Made by a program: the position numbers and the translations under genes
The notes under the pieces: model-generated
Told to the model about the DNA's origin: nothing
Seen by the model: the letters and a program-made list of their open reading frames with translations, nothing else
The model's database searches: none
Assembly: GCA_024697025.1 (NCBI GenBank)
Contig: JAILGH010000082.1
Location: 15,551 to 79,550 of the forward strand
Length of the DNA: 64,000 nucleotides
Origin: Pseudobutyrivibrio sp.
Lineage (GTDB): Bacteria; Bacillota; Clostridia; Lachnospirales; Lachnospiraceae
Direction: 5' to 3'
Shown: piece by piece, positions 9,443-17,882 of the stretch
Layout: each line of letters opens with the position of its first letter
Numbering within the stretch: position 1 is the first letter of the stretch

Positions 9443-10066
9443 TTAATGTTTAAAAGTTCGACTTGACGTATTTTGTTGTACGGATTGTTGTTGCTTAATA
9501 TTTCTTCGAATAATGAAATTTGCCATTTTAATCATATTAATATATTTTAGATTCTTAACTACATTTTCTTTATTTTTTATTCGAAGATTTTCATTCAGTT
9601 GACTTATTCTAGCTCTTTCTTTCAGCCTCTGCTTTAGAAGCCTTTCCTTGTATCTCAAACGTTTTGCGATTTCATCTTTGCCAGAAACACGACGCTTAGC
9701 AGCTTGTTTGGTATTATTTTTTTGTTCATTGTAAAAAACAGGCCTACTACCAATCGATAATTCTTGTTTAATCGGTATTTTTTTGAGCTTCGACGGATTA
9801 ACAGCGTTATAAGGAATATTATCCCTTTTTGCTTCTTCACGTTCTTTTTCCTTTTTTACCCGCACTTCACTGTGCGTCATGTTATTAGGGTCCAAATCTA
9901 AGTTTGGCCGCATAGAGCCATTATTTGTCTCCGCTTGTATTACGTCATTCCTGTATATTCTTTGCTTACGTTCTAATACTTGATACTGCTGAGGATTGCT
10001 AATTGAATTATTATTTAATTCTGTGGGCTCGTCACTGCGTGTATAATCATATAAGTTATTAGCCAT
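9443..10066 (-). CDS. Hypothetical basic N/K/R-rich island protein
   Basis: 207-aa ORF with RBS ACGGAGGCTAATTT-ATG, 31 nt downstream of the preceding ORF. No TM segment, signal peptide or known motif recognised. Confidence 0.55.
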   Translation of the reverse strand: MANNLYDYTRSDEPTELNNNSISNPQQYQVLERKQRIYRNDVIQAETNNGSMRPNLDLDPNNMTHSEVRVKKEKEREEAKRDNIPYNAVNPSKLKKIPIKQELSIGSRPVFYNEQKNNTKQAAKRRVSGKDEIAKRLRYKERLLKQRLKERARISQLNENLRIKNKENVVKNLKYINMIKMANFIIRRNIKQQQSVQQNTSSRTFKH

Positions 10067-10097
10067 AAATTAGCCTCCGTATATAATGTTTGAATTG

Positions 10098-11504
10098 TTA
10101 GTGATAGCTTTGCGTTGTATTTTGACGATACAATTGAGCACTTTCGTGATTATCCTGGTTGTTGTCTATTGCAACATTATTAGTTAAATCGTTTCTTGCC
10201 GCTATTTCTGGATTTAGATTTATTGTCCTTTCTGCAATAATTCCTAATGCGATTCTATTTTCGTTTCCTTCGAGGCTATCTGGATTTAACGTTGTGTTTG
10301 GATATGGCGATTGAAAAGCACTAGCGGGACTCGAAAATGGTTGATTAAAAGTCCATCGAGGCCTATTTACAAATGTATTGTCAACATGAGGACCTACATA
10401 CTCCCCGCTTTTATTTATTGTGCCATTCATAATAGACTCACCAGCTCTATTTATTACATTATACTTTACTCCATCGCTTGTTATTTTCATTTTCATCTGT
10501 GAACCTGGTGGAATATTTAACGGCTTTCCATTAACTATAACGCAGCCACCATTTTCAAAGTTCATATTGATGTTTTTTATCTCACCGTTTCCATCCTTTG
10601 TTATTGTAGCAACTTCTTTACCCTGACTATCTTTAAGTACGTCAGAACCATCGGGATTTGATTCCATGCTCCAGTCCTCTGGATACTCAAATTCAACATT
10701 TCTATATGATTTCTTTTTCGTACGCACAGGAACATTGTTGTCGTTACTAAATATAATAGAATTATTATTTAGATTAAAGTTTTGGGCTGGATTTATGTTT
10801 CGGTCAACATATGGGTTTGTGCTTTGGTTTGGGCTTGATACAGTTTGGCTTTGATTATAATTTTCATCCTTAAACAAAATTTTCTTTAATAATCTATCTG
10901 CCTCTACCATATTAGTGTCATCACGTAATTTTCCTGCTTTACCACATGCTTCAAGAACACTCTTTTCTTCTTCAACCTCGTTTATAATTTTACTTATACT
11001 CTTAATTTTTTTATTTTCAATTTCAGATTTTTCTTTGGCCGCTGATAAACTTTTAATACTTCTATCAACTTTATTTAATCTTACTTTATACTTATCTACT
11101 GCTTCCTGTATTTTCTTTGCGTTTTCATTACCTAGATTTTTCAACGCCTCATTAATAGCTCCTACTCTTTTATCCATATCTTTGACTGCATTGGGCCCAT
11201 AGGTGATATCGGAAACATCTTGATTAACTATTTGCCTATAAATTTTATTTATTTTTTGGGATTTCTCATTCCACTCCTCTGAAAAATTTTTAATTAATGT
11301 ATCTTTCTTCTTATTGACTTTTTCTAGTTCATCATTTGAAGGAATGTTATTCTCCTTAAACTTTCTTAAAACATCCCAACTTATATTTCCTTTCTCAATT
11401 TCTGAAACTATTTTAGAGGCCAAAACCCCTTCCTCTACTCCTAAATAATTCTCGGAATCTTTTACTAAATTATCAAAATTTGTGTTTTCATTTTCTCCTG
11501 GCAT
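10098..11504 (-). CDS. Hypothetical island protein: coiled-coil N-terminal half, beta-rich C-terminal module
   Basis: The ORF track gives 10098..11570. The ATG at 11504 has a strong RBS (GGAAAGGAGATTGTGAA-ATG), and the 27-nt motif sits only 6 nt from 11570, so the shorter start is preferred. No signal peptide or TM segment. Confidence 0.6.
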   Translation of the reverse strand: MPGENENTNFDNLVKDSENYLGVEEGVLASKIVSEIEKGNISWDVLRKFKENNIPSNDELEKVNKKKDTLIKNFSEEWNEKSQKINKIYRQIVNQDVSDITYGPNAVKDMDKRVGAINEALKNLGNENAKKIQEAVDKYKVRLNKVDRSIKSLSAAKEKSEIENKKIKSISKIINEVEEEKSVLEACGKAGKLRDDTNMVEADRLLKKILFKDENYNQSQTVSSPNQSTNPYVDRNINPAQNFNLNNNSIIFSNDNNVPVRTKKKSYRNVEFEYPEDWSMESNPDGSDVLKDSQGKEVATITKDGNGEIKNINMNFENGGCVIVNGKPLNIPPGSQMKMKITSDGVKYNVINRAGESIMNGTINKSGEYVGPHVDNTFVNRPRWTFNQPFSSPASAFQSPYPNTTLNPDSLEGNENRIALGIIAERTINLNPEIAARNDLTNNVAIDNNQDNHESAQLYRQNTTQSYH

Positions 11505-11576
11505 TTCACAATCTCCTTTCCTATTACCAATATATCTTTCATTTTTATTGTGATTTTCTTTGCTATACATTTATAT

Positions 11577-11603
11577 TTCAAAAAAATTTTTCTTTTTTTT
11601 CCA
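11577..11603 (-). promoter_or_regulatory. Island 27-nt A7/T7 palindromic motif, copy 2
   Basis: The minus strand reads TGGAAAAAAAAGAAAAATTTTTTTGAA followed by ATATAAAT. It lies 72 nt upstream of the ATG at 11504. Confidence 0.6.
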
Positions 11604-11728
11604 AAATCATTAATTTTTTCTAAATTAATTGAAAAATTTTCCCATGGAAACATCAACTTTGCTTCCATGGGTAGGATTTGTTTCCTAATATTTAGTTCTT
11701 ACCAATACCTTATTAATTACAATAATTG

Positions 11729-13459
11729 TTATCGAGAGTATGCCTTAGCATTGCTTCTATATGCACTCTTTTGCTTTTCTATATATGAGTTGCACGCGTA
11801 CGAGCTTTCGCCATATGTGCCTGAATCATATCCCGATGTATCTAATGTCATATTTTCCTCCATTCTAGGCTTAATAATCTCATTATCGCTGAAATCCATC
11901 TTAAACGACTGTTCAGGAAAATCTTTATCAGTCGCCTCATAAGTCATCTTTTTTTCACCAAAATCATAATTTAACGTAAGCTCACTTTCAGATGATAAGG
12001 CGCGTGTTTTTCCACCAATATCCATATTTATTTTAACAGAATTAAAATGGGCACTAATTACTTGATTATCGATTGAAGCTACTGAACCTATTATTTGTTC
12101 ACCATTTTTTATAGTTCTTGTTTCAACTCCTGTTTCTCTGTCCAGACTATATTCGACTTCAAAATCACTTGGAATAACAAAATTATTATTCCCAATTCTA
12201 AAGTTTCGATTATCAACTGGCATCTCTTGTTCGTTTACGCTTTGAGGTTTATCAACCATCGGTTTTGCTTTCTGCTGATTATTATTTGTTTTTTCACCTA
12301 CAATAACTTGCGACTCATTTGATATTTGCTCCATTTCGGGCTTATCATTTAAATTCGTATCTATATTCGCTTGCACATCATTTGAAATATTTGTAGATGT
12401 TTCTATTTCATTTTGATTATTTTCACCCCCGTGATTATTAACCATACTGATCCATTCTACTGCTTCCACAAGGTTATTAATATCCTTAGCGGTCCATTCA
12501 TCATCTGTTATAACCGCTTTTTCCATCACATTTTCATTTATTTGAGTTTCACCAAGATTACTTGATCTTTCTGGAAGCTCAGGAGGTCCTAATTTCTCTT
12601 TTTTGTTTAATCTATCTGATTCAAACCCTTCAATCTCTTTATAATCTTTTGCTTTTAACGTGTATGAAAAATCATCATCTCCGCCCACATGCTCGCTTTC
12701 TATCCGTTCACTTGTTATTTTGTCGTTTTGAGCTTCTTCTGTTTCGGACATATTTGTATCAGGATTAGATAACAACCTGTTAGCCAATTCCAAAGTAATA
12801 TCCTTTTCCTTCTTAGTTTCTTTGTTGTTCTCCACAATTTCATGGTATTCCTCTTCTATCAGTGTTTCATCATCATCTATATTATAAATATTACCAATTT
12901 TTCTACTTAAAGCCTCTTCAAATGTCTTGCTTTCCTCTATACTACTTTTTGCTTGACCAAGATCTTTTTTTTGCTCTTCTATAAGCTGCTCATCGCTTAC
13001 TTCTCTTTTTTTACTGTTATTTGATCTGAATATTGCGCTTATTATTTTTTTGGACCTTAAAATCTTAAACAGACTTTTCCTGCGCGAATTATTTTGCGCA
13101 GACCTTATTTTACTTTTTTTATTATTAGTTGGTTTGCGCGCATAACTTGAGTTGACTTCATTCTCTATGTCTGTTAGTTTTTTTTCCCATTCTGCATCGT
13201 TTCTTATATTCTTTATTATTTCATTTCTTTCTTTATGCCGACTTATTTCTTTGTTGTAATTCTCTATTGCGTTTTTATTTTCAGCAATTAGTTTCTCACC
13301 TTTTTCTTTTTCTTTATTTGTACGTGCATAAGGCAAAATTCCTTCAATTGAACTGACATTAACTTTTAATTGGCTAATAGCCGCTCCTTTTTTAATTATT
13401 AATTCAAGATTATTTTTATATTCATCTAAATTTATTTTGTCTATTTCTTTTATACTCAT
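11729..13459 (-). CDS. Hypothetical island protein: K/E/N-rich with a C-terminal module related to that of 10098..11504
   Basis: 576-aa ORF with RBS AAAGGAGGTTAGCG-ATG. No signal peptide or TM segment. C-terminal FEVEY...IKNGE...INMDIGG resembles VEFEY...KDGNGE...INMNFENGG of the 490-aa neighbour. Confidence 0.6.
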   Translation of the reverse strand: MSIKEIDKINLDEYKNNLELIIKKGAAISQLKVNVSSIEGILPYARTNKEKEKGEKLIAENKNAIENYNKEISRHKERNEIIKNIRNDAEWEKKLTDIENEVNSSYARKPTNNKKSKIRSAQNNSRRKSLFKILRSKKIISAIFRSNNSKKREVSDEQLIEEQKKDLGQAKSSIEESKTFEEALSRKIGNIYNIDDDETLIEEEYHEIVENNKETKKEKDITLELANRLLSNPDTNMSETEEAQNDKITSERIESEHVGGDDDFSYTLKAKDYKEIEGFESDRLNKKEKLGPPELPERSSNLGETQINENVMEKAVITDDEWTAKDINNLVEAVEWISMVNNHGGENNQNEIETSTNISNDVQANIDTNLNDKPEMEQISNESQVIVGEKTNNNQQKAKPMVDKPQSVNEQEMPVDNRNFRIGNNNFVIPSDFEVEYSLDRETGVETRTIKNGEQIIGSVASIDNQVISAHFNSVKINMDIGGKTRALSSESELTLNYDFGEKKMTYEATDKDFPEQSFKMDFSDNEIIKPRMEENMTLDTSGYDSGTYGESSYACNSYIEKQKSAYRSNAKAYSR

Positions 13460-13577
13460 CGCTAACCTCCTTTATATTCCAATCCTTAATTTCTTCTTAT
13501 TACTATATATTCACTACTAAATACCAGTTATCCGACACTCGACTTTCTATAAATATCATTTAACTATTTAATTATAG

Positions 13578-13604
13578 TTCAAAAAAATTTCTCTCTTTTT
13601 TCCA
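13578..13604 (-). promoter_or_regulatory. Island 27-nt A7/T7 palindromic motif, copy 3
   Basis: The minus strand reads TGGAAAAAAGAGAGAAATTTTTTTGAA followed by CTATAATT. It lies 118 nt upstream of the 11729..13459 start. Confidence 0.6.
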
Positions 13605-13630
13605 AAATCCTTAATTTTTTTATTTAAAAA

Positions 13631-13686
13631 GTAATTCAACTCCACTTAATCTCTTATTTTTGATAGATTAAGTGGAGTTGAATTAC
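13631..13686 (-). terminator. Perfect 21-bp inverted repeat (14-nt loop); likely intrinsic terminator of 13723..14181
   Basis: GTAATTCAACTCCACTTAATC ... GATTAAGTGGAGTTGAATTAC. On the minus strand it is followed by TTTTTAAATAAAAAAA. It sits 36 nt after the stop at 13723 and just upstream of motif copy 3. Confidence 0.7.
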
Positions 13687-13722
13687 TTTATTCTCACAAA
13701 TATTCAATTATCAATTCCCAGC

Positions 13723-14181
13723 TTAAGCATTTTCTGCATTCTCTAGTCTATTAATCAGATTCTCGCATCTAGCATCGATATCGTCATAATAGTCCGGTAT
13801 GCTACTAGCCGGGGGTGAACCTATCACCTGCGCATTCAGCTCTATGTTTACATGCTGCTCATACTCTGGTGATGGATTATCGTTACGTAAGAATTTTTTA
13901 TTATCAACAATATTTTGCTCTGCTGCGTCGATGACATCCACCAGCACTTCCACCGCAGTTTGGAAGCTTCCAACAAGAGCATTTATCTGTGTTTCATTTG
14001 CATCGTTTCTACGTCGTAAAAGATTGTTTTGGGCAACTAAATAAGCGTGCACTCTTTTTCGAGCACGTAAGTTAATCTCATTCTGCAGACTATTTGCCGA
14101 ATCAACTCTTTCACGTATTCTTTCACGGCGTCTGACCATATCATCGTAAAACGCATTCGCTTTTCTGTTTTCGTATGACAT
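13723..14181 (-). CDS. Hypothetical helical R/N-rich island protein (152 aa)
   Basis: The ORF track gives 13723..14256. The ATG at 14181 (MSYENRK...) has the RBS GGGAGGATGAAAAT-ATG. Confidence 0.55.
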   Translation of the reverse strand: MSYENRKANAFYDDMVRRRERIRERVDSANSLQNEINLRARKRVHAYLVAQNNLLRRRNDANETQINALVGSFQTAVEVLVDVIDAAEQNIVDNKKFLRNDNPSPEYEQHVNIELNAQVIGSPPASSIPDYYDDIDARCENLINRLENAENA

Positions 14182-14272
14182 ATTTTCATCCTCCCGTCTT
14201 TTTGCTGTCATGTATGAATAGTAGAAGGGTGACACTAAAAATGTAGCTTTCCGCAATCACCACATTTTTGCT

Positions 14273-15166
14273 CTAGCCGAGCATCGCCTTTATATATGGG
14301 TTTTCAGTCATGTCTGTACCAAGTCGTAATATTTCATAAACATCTTCCTGTGTGAGAGCTTCCTGAAACTTATAAAGCATTCTCGAAGCTGTACTTGGAT
14401 TAATATATTTTTCTCCAGTTTCATGTTCCAAAACATACTTTGTACAGCTTTCATCTTTAATTGCTTCATCTAACACTCGTTCATCTGAAAGATATTTATA
14501 AAATGGTATAAAACCATTTTTACAGTCCAATGCCCATATTTTAAAGACAATCTTCAGCAACGGATGTGCATTTTCTAATTTATCGATCAATTTTTCATTA
14601 ACATATTCTTCCTCTGCATCGATTTTATCGATTATTGCTTCTTCAAATCCCACCGAATGCAAATCATCGTAACTATTCTCACTTAAATTTGTCTCTTCAT
14701 CATCTACTGATGTGAAGGTAACCATTTTACCGTTAGAACCGTAGTATGAAATGTCTCCTGATTTGTTTTTTACTGTAGATACAAGGTGATCATAGTCACT
14801 TTCCTTACTTCTAGCGTAAGATTGTCTTCCAGTGGATAATACAAATTTAGTTACATAAACTTCAAATGGCAGACTGCCATCATAAGGTCTTTTCTCTTTA
14901 AGCTTCTGATATTCGTCCATACAATAGAACAACAAAGCATCTAATTCGTCTCTGCTGAAAGTCTCGTATAAATGTCTTTTGTCTCTAATTCTTGCTGCTG
15001 CTACATTTGCACAGGTAAAAAATACAACTGCATCCTCCGCATCATACATGTTTCTTACCTGCTCGTTGGCCTCTGCAACATCGCTAATACCAATGGCGCT
15101 ATACGCTACATTGCTATTATTAAATCCCGCACCTTGCTTTGTTGCTGTAATAAGATGTTTTTCCAT
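14273..15166 (-). CDS. Hypothetical island protein; weak resemblance to sigma-70 regions 2 and 4 (possible transcription factor)
   Basis: 297 aa. PFEVYVTKFVLSTGRQSYARSK resembles sigma region 2.3/2.4. C-terminal INPSTASRMLYKFQEAL resembles the region 4.2 HTH (xxGTVKSRLxRARxxL). Similarity judged by eye only. Confidence 0.35.
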   Translation of the reverse strand: MEKHLITATKQGAGFNNSNVAYSAIGISDVAEANEQVRNMYDAEDAVVFFTCANVAAARIRDKRHLYETFSRDELDALLFYCMDEYQKLKEKRPYDGSLPFEVYVTKFVLSTGRQSYARSKESDYDHLVSTVKNKSGDISYYGSNGKMVTFTSVDDEETNLSENSYDDLHSVGFEEAIIDKIDAEEEYVNEKLIDKLENAHPLLKIVFKIWALDCKNGFIPFYKYLSDERVLDEAIKDESCTKYVLEHETGEKYINPSTASRMLYKFQEALTQEDVYEILRLGTDMTENPYIKAMLG

Positions 15167-15236
15167 AATTAAACCCTTTAGGATGTCGATACCTTATCCT
15201 CACTATTCTTCCTTTATTAATTCTATTATTTGTTCC

Positions 15237-16166
15237 TTATTCCTCCTTCTGGTCATATAGCCCTTCTAAATCACCTACACAGCCTACAAAACGACCGCTC
15301 TCAGTGTCTACAAAAGCATACTGACCTGACCCTATAATAGAACTCAATTCTTCCCTTTCTTCAACAATGCAATCCGTATAGTTGGATTCCATTATTCCCT
15401 TCCTATCCTTTGCAAATGCTTCAACCGCTGTTTTAGAAGCAAATAAAATAGGAATACCATCACACTGCAACACCTCACCGGTGTCTTCATTTTTCAAAAT
15501 ATGGAACTTGTTATCCTTTAACAAGTCTTTTAAATATGATGGTGTAACAATATATTCATTCCACACTGCGCTAACCGCCTCAGATACTTCCCATCCGTAA
15601 ACCAACTCACCGTCTACAGAAAATAAGATAGTATCAAGTGGAAGATTTGATATCCAGCGCTCAATGGTGTGATCACCACAACCATTTTCGGCCACCTCAT
15701 TAGCCCTCTCCTTATCAGAGAAAAATGAAATTGTAACAGGTACACCGTCTACTGGAGTTGCAATGGCTCTATTCTCCTCGTCCAATGGAACATGTAAGCA
15801 CCCGCCACCTTTATAGATATTAATTAACTTGCTTACAATGCTCTGACGCTTCTCGTAGAGCTCGTCTGTCTGTACATAAAATCCCATATTTACAATTTGA
15901 AATCCCTTGTAATTGCTATCATATAATGTATTAAATGCTGCAATGTTTGGAACATCATATTTGTAAATAGAGAAATCATAATCGTCTGGCTTATCCTTTG
16001 CGTATCTTTCGCAAAAGGCTGCCGCCTCGTCTTCATTGACCGCTGCAAAGAAAGCATTATCTTCATCTCTTAACAAGCTGCCATGAGAAACGATTAAAAA
16101 CATCGGCTTACCGACTAGAGTTTCTAACTCTTCTCTATTAATTGTTTCCATATATTCAGTTTTCAT
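15237..16166 (-). CDS. Hypothetical acidic island protein with three-fold internal module (SseB-like?)
   Basis: 309 aa. Repeated pattern DG(V/I)P(V/I)..F(F/A)S(D/K)...A.E.A (VDGVPVTISFFSDKERANEVA; CDGIPILFASKTAVEAFA; FFAAVNEDEAAAFCERYA). The family assignment is tentative. Confidence 0.35.
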   Translation of the reverse strand: MKTEYMETINREELETLVGKPMFLIVSHGSLLRDEDNAFFAAVNEDEAAAFCERYAKDKPDDYDFSIYKYDVPNIAAFNTLYDSNYKGFQIVNMGFYVQTDELYEKRQSIVSKLINIYKGGGCLHVPLDEENRAIATPVDGVPVTISFFSDKERANEVAENGCGDHTIERWISNLPLDTILFSVDGELVYGWEVSEAVSAVWNEYIVTPSYLKDLLKDNKFHILKNEDTGEVLQCDGIPILFASKTAVEAFAKDRKGIMESNYTDCIVEEREELSSIIGSGQYAFVDTESGRFVGCVGDLEGLYDQKEE

Positions 16167-16387
16167 CCTCTCTTAATATTTGCCCCTTACATAGGCATGT
16201 GCTGCTTTAACTAAACTAGTTAAACGCTACGCGCTAACGTTACTGTAGATTATACCGCTTTTTGTTCCAATAATGTACCCTTTTTTCATAATTTTGTAAC
16301 ATTTGTGACATAATTAAGAAAACATATGCAGATTTCACCCATTTTTTGTTAACATCTCTGAAAAATATTAATTTTTTATTAAAAAAA

Positions 16388-16417
16388 ATGGTCTAATCGT
16401 AAAATGATTAGACCCAT
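16388..16417 (-). terminator. Intrinsic terminator downstream of the GGDEF gene (bidirectional geometry)
   Basis: GGTCTAATC / GATTAGACC stem flanked by an A8 tract on one side and T5 on the other. On the minus strand the hairpin is followed by TTTTTTTT. Confidence 0.75.
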
Positions 16418-16502
16418 TTTTCTTTCACTTTTACTAAACTAGTTTCATGACTGTTTTCGTAAAAAACGTTTTTGTATTATTTTTGTAACATTTTGTAACT
16501 AA

Positions 16503-17792
16503 TTATTTACAGATTATTTGATTACGACCAGTCTCTTTTGCCTCATATAGGTTTTCATCGGCTCTTTTTAGACTCTCATCAGTTGATTCGCCGGGTATCA
16601 TAGCCGTCAAACCAAAGCTCATGGTAATCTGCCTGTCGGTATCTGGCACGTAAATTGTACGTATGTCATCCATAATAATAGAAAGTTCGCGCCTTGCTAT
16701 GTCAAGCTCACGGTTTTCAAATATAAGCAAGAACTCCTCTCCACCCCATCTGGCAGCAATGCCCTTGCCCATCATTCCAGCCTTTAGCTTGTCAGCTACA
16801 GCCTTTAACACAATATCACCCATTTCATGGCCATAGGTATCGTTGACCTTTTTGAAGAAATCTATGTCGGCTATGCAGATACAGTATTTAACTCCCATTT
16901 CTACAGCTCTGACACGTATATCCTCTAACTTCTTGTCGCCGTACCTTCTATTATTTAACTGGGTGAGGGCGTCGTATTCTACCAGGTTTTTGATGGCTCT
17001 TGCCATCTTTCTACCATCGGTGGCAAGGCGCTTTAGCTCGTCATCCTCCACCATAAGCTCTCTTGGAATCTCCGCATCAAACTCACCTGATGACAGGGTA
17101 TTCATGTATTTATCCATTCTGATAATTCTATTGCCTAGGCGGCGGTTGTATCCAACCATAATAACACCTATCAGTAGCGCTATAACTATGCAGGCCGTTA
17201 CAATAGGCCACATATTCTTGGCAATCTCTTTAAATACCTCGCCTTGAGTACGGCCTACGGCAATCATTCCGTATATCTGGCCATTCTCATCCCTGAGGGG
17301 CTCATAGTACGCAAAGCTCTTGTTGTCGTATACAAGCACATTATTATAGAAGTGACTCTGTCCTTCCTCTAATACGTCTTTACGAACTACAACCGCGGCA
17401 CTAGTACCTATGGCACGCTGGCCACTAGCATCCTTTAAGGTTGTTAGGAGTCTCTTGTCATCATAAAAAATTGATATATCAATATCTAGCATCTCTGCCA
17501 CATCATCAATCACAGTGTATTCGCCGTTTAGCTGCTGGTTGCCCTTGTACATCTCGTACTCGCCATCACCATCTGAATCCTCGGCCCAAAAGTCTCCTGC
17601 ATACTCATCGTCGAAAAATTTAACAGCCAGCTTGGCATCCCTGATTAACTCCTCGTGGGTGCTGTCCACAATAGTCTTGTGAATTACACTGGCACTGACT
17701 GCCACAATAACCACTGTCATAATAATCAGAGGAATCAAGGTCATCCTCATCATCTGGGTCTTTAAACTGTTTTTCAACTTGGTATATGCCAT
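16503..17792 (-). CDS. Sensor diguanylate cyclase (TM - extracytoplasmic Cache-like domain - TM - GGDEF)
   Basis: 429 aa. Hydrophobic helices LIPLIIMTVVIVAVSASVI and WPIVTACIVIALLIGVIMVGY flank ~170 aa. GGDEF domain with DALTQLNNRR and active site RWGGEEFLLIF. RBS GGGGAGGG. Noticeably higher GC than its neighbours. Confidence 0.85.
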   Translation of the reverse strand: MAYTKLKNSLKTQMMRMTLIPLIIMTVVIVAVSASVIHKTIVDSTHEELIRDAKLAVKFFDDEYAGDFWAEDSDGDGEYEMYKGNQQLNGEYTVIDDVAEMLDIDISIFYDDKRLLTTLKDASGQRAIGTSAAVVVRKDVLEEGQSHFYNNVLVYDNKSFAYYEPLRDENGQIYGMIAVGRTQGEVFKEIAKNMWPIVTACIVIALLIGVIMVGYNRRLGNRIIRMDKYMNTLSSGEFDAEIPRELMVEDDELKRLATDGRKMARAIKNLVEYDALTQLNNRRYGDKKLEDIRVRAVEMGVKYCICIADIDFFKKVNDTYGHEMGDIVLKAVADKLKAGMMGKGIAARWGGEEFLLIFENRELDIARRELSIIMDDIRTIYVPDTDRQITMSFGLTAMIPGESTDESLKRADENLYEAKETGRNQIICK

Positions 17793-17882
17793 TTATTGCC
17801 CTCCCCAATATTCTCCATAATCAAATTATTTCCTTCTAATCATAGCATACACCTAATATTATCTTTTGCAAATGCATGCTCT

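Noticed and set aside
11505-11570. Longer N-terminal extension of the 490-aa ORF (track start 11570)
   Set aside because: It would place the start codon 6 nt from the putative promoter motif. A strong RBS precedes the ATG at 11504 instead.
14182-14256. Longer N-terminal extension of 13723..14256
   Set aside because: There is no RBS at 14256, whereas GGGAGGA precedes the ATG at 14181. The extension is hydrophobic, low-complexity sequence.
16503-17792. Treating the higher-GC GGDEF gene as the start of the core chromosome (island boundary at ~16.4 kb)
   Set aside because: The AT-rich gene 17883..18647 beyond it is preceded by a fourth copy of the island-specific motif. The island therefore continues to ~18.75 kb.
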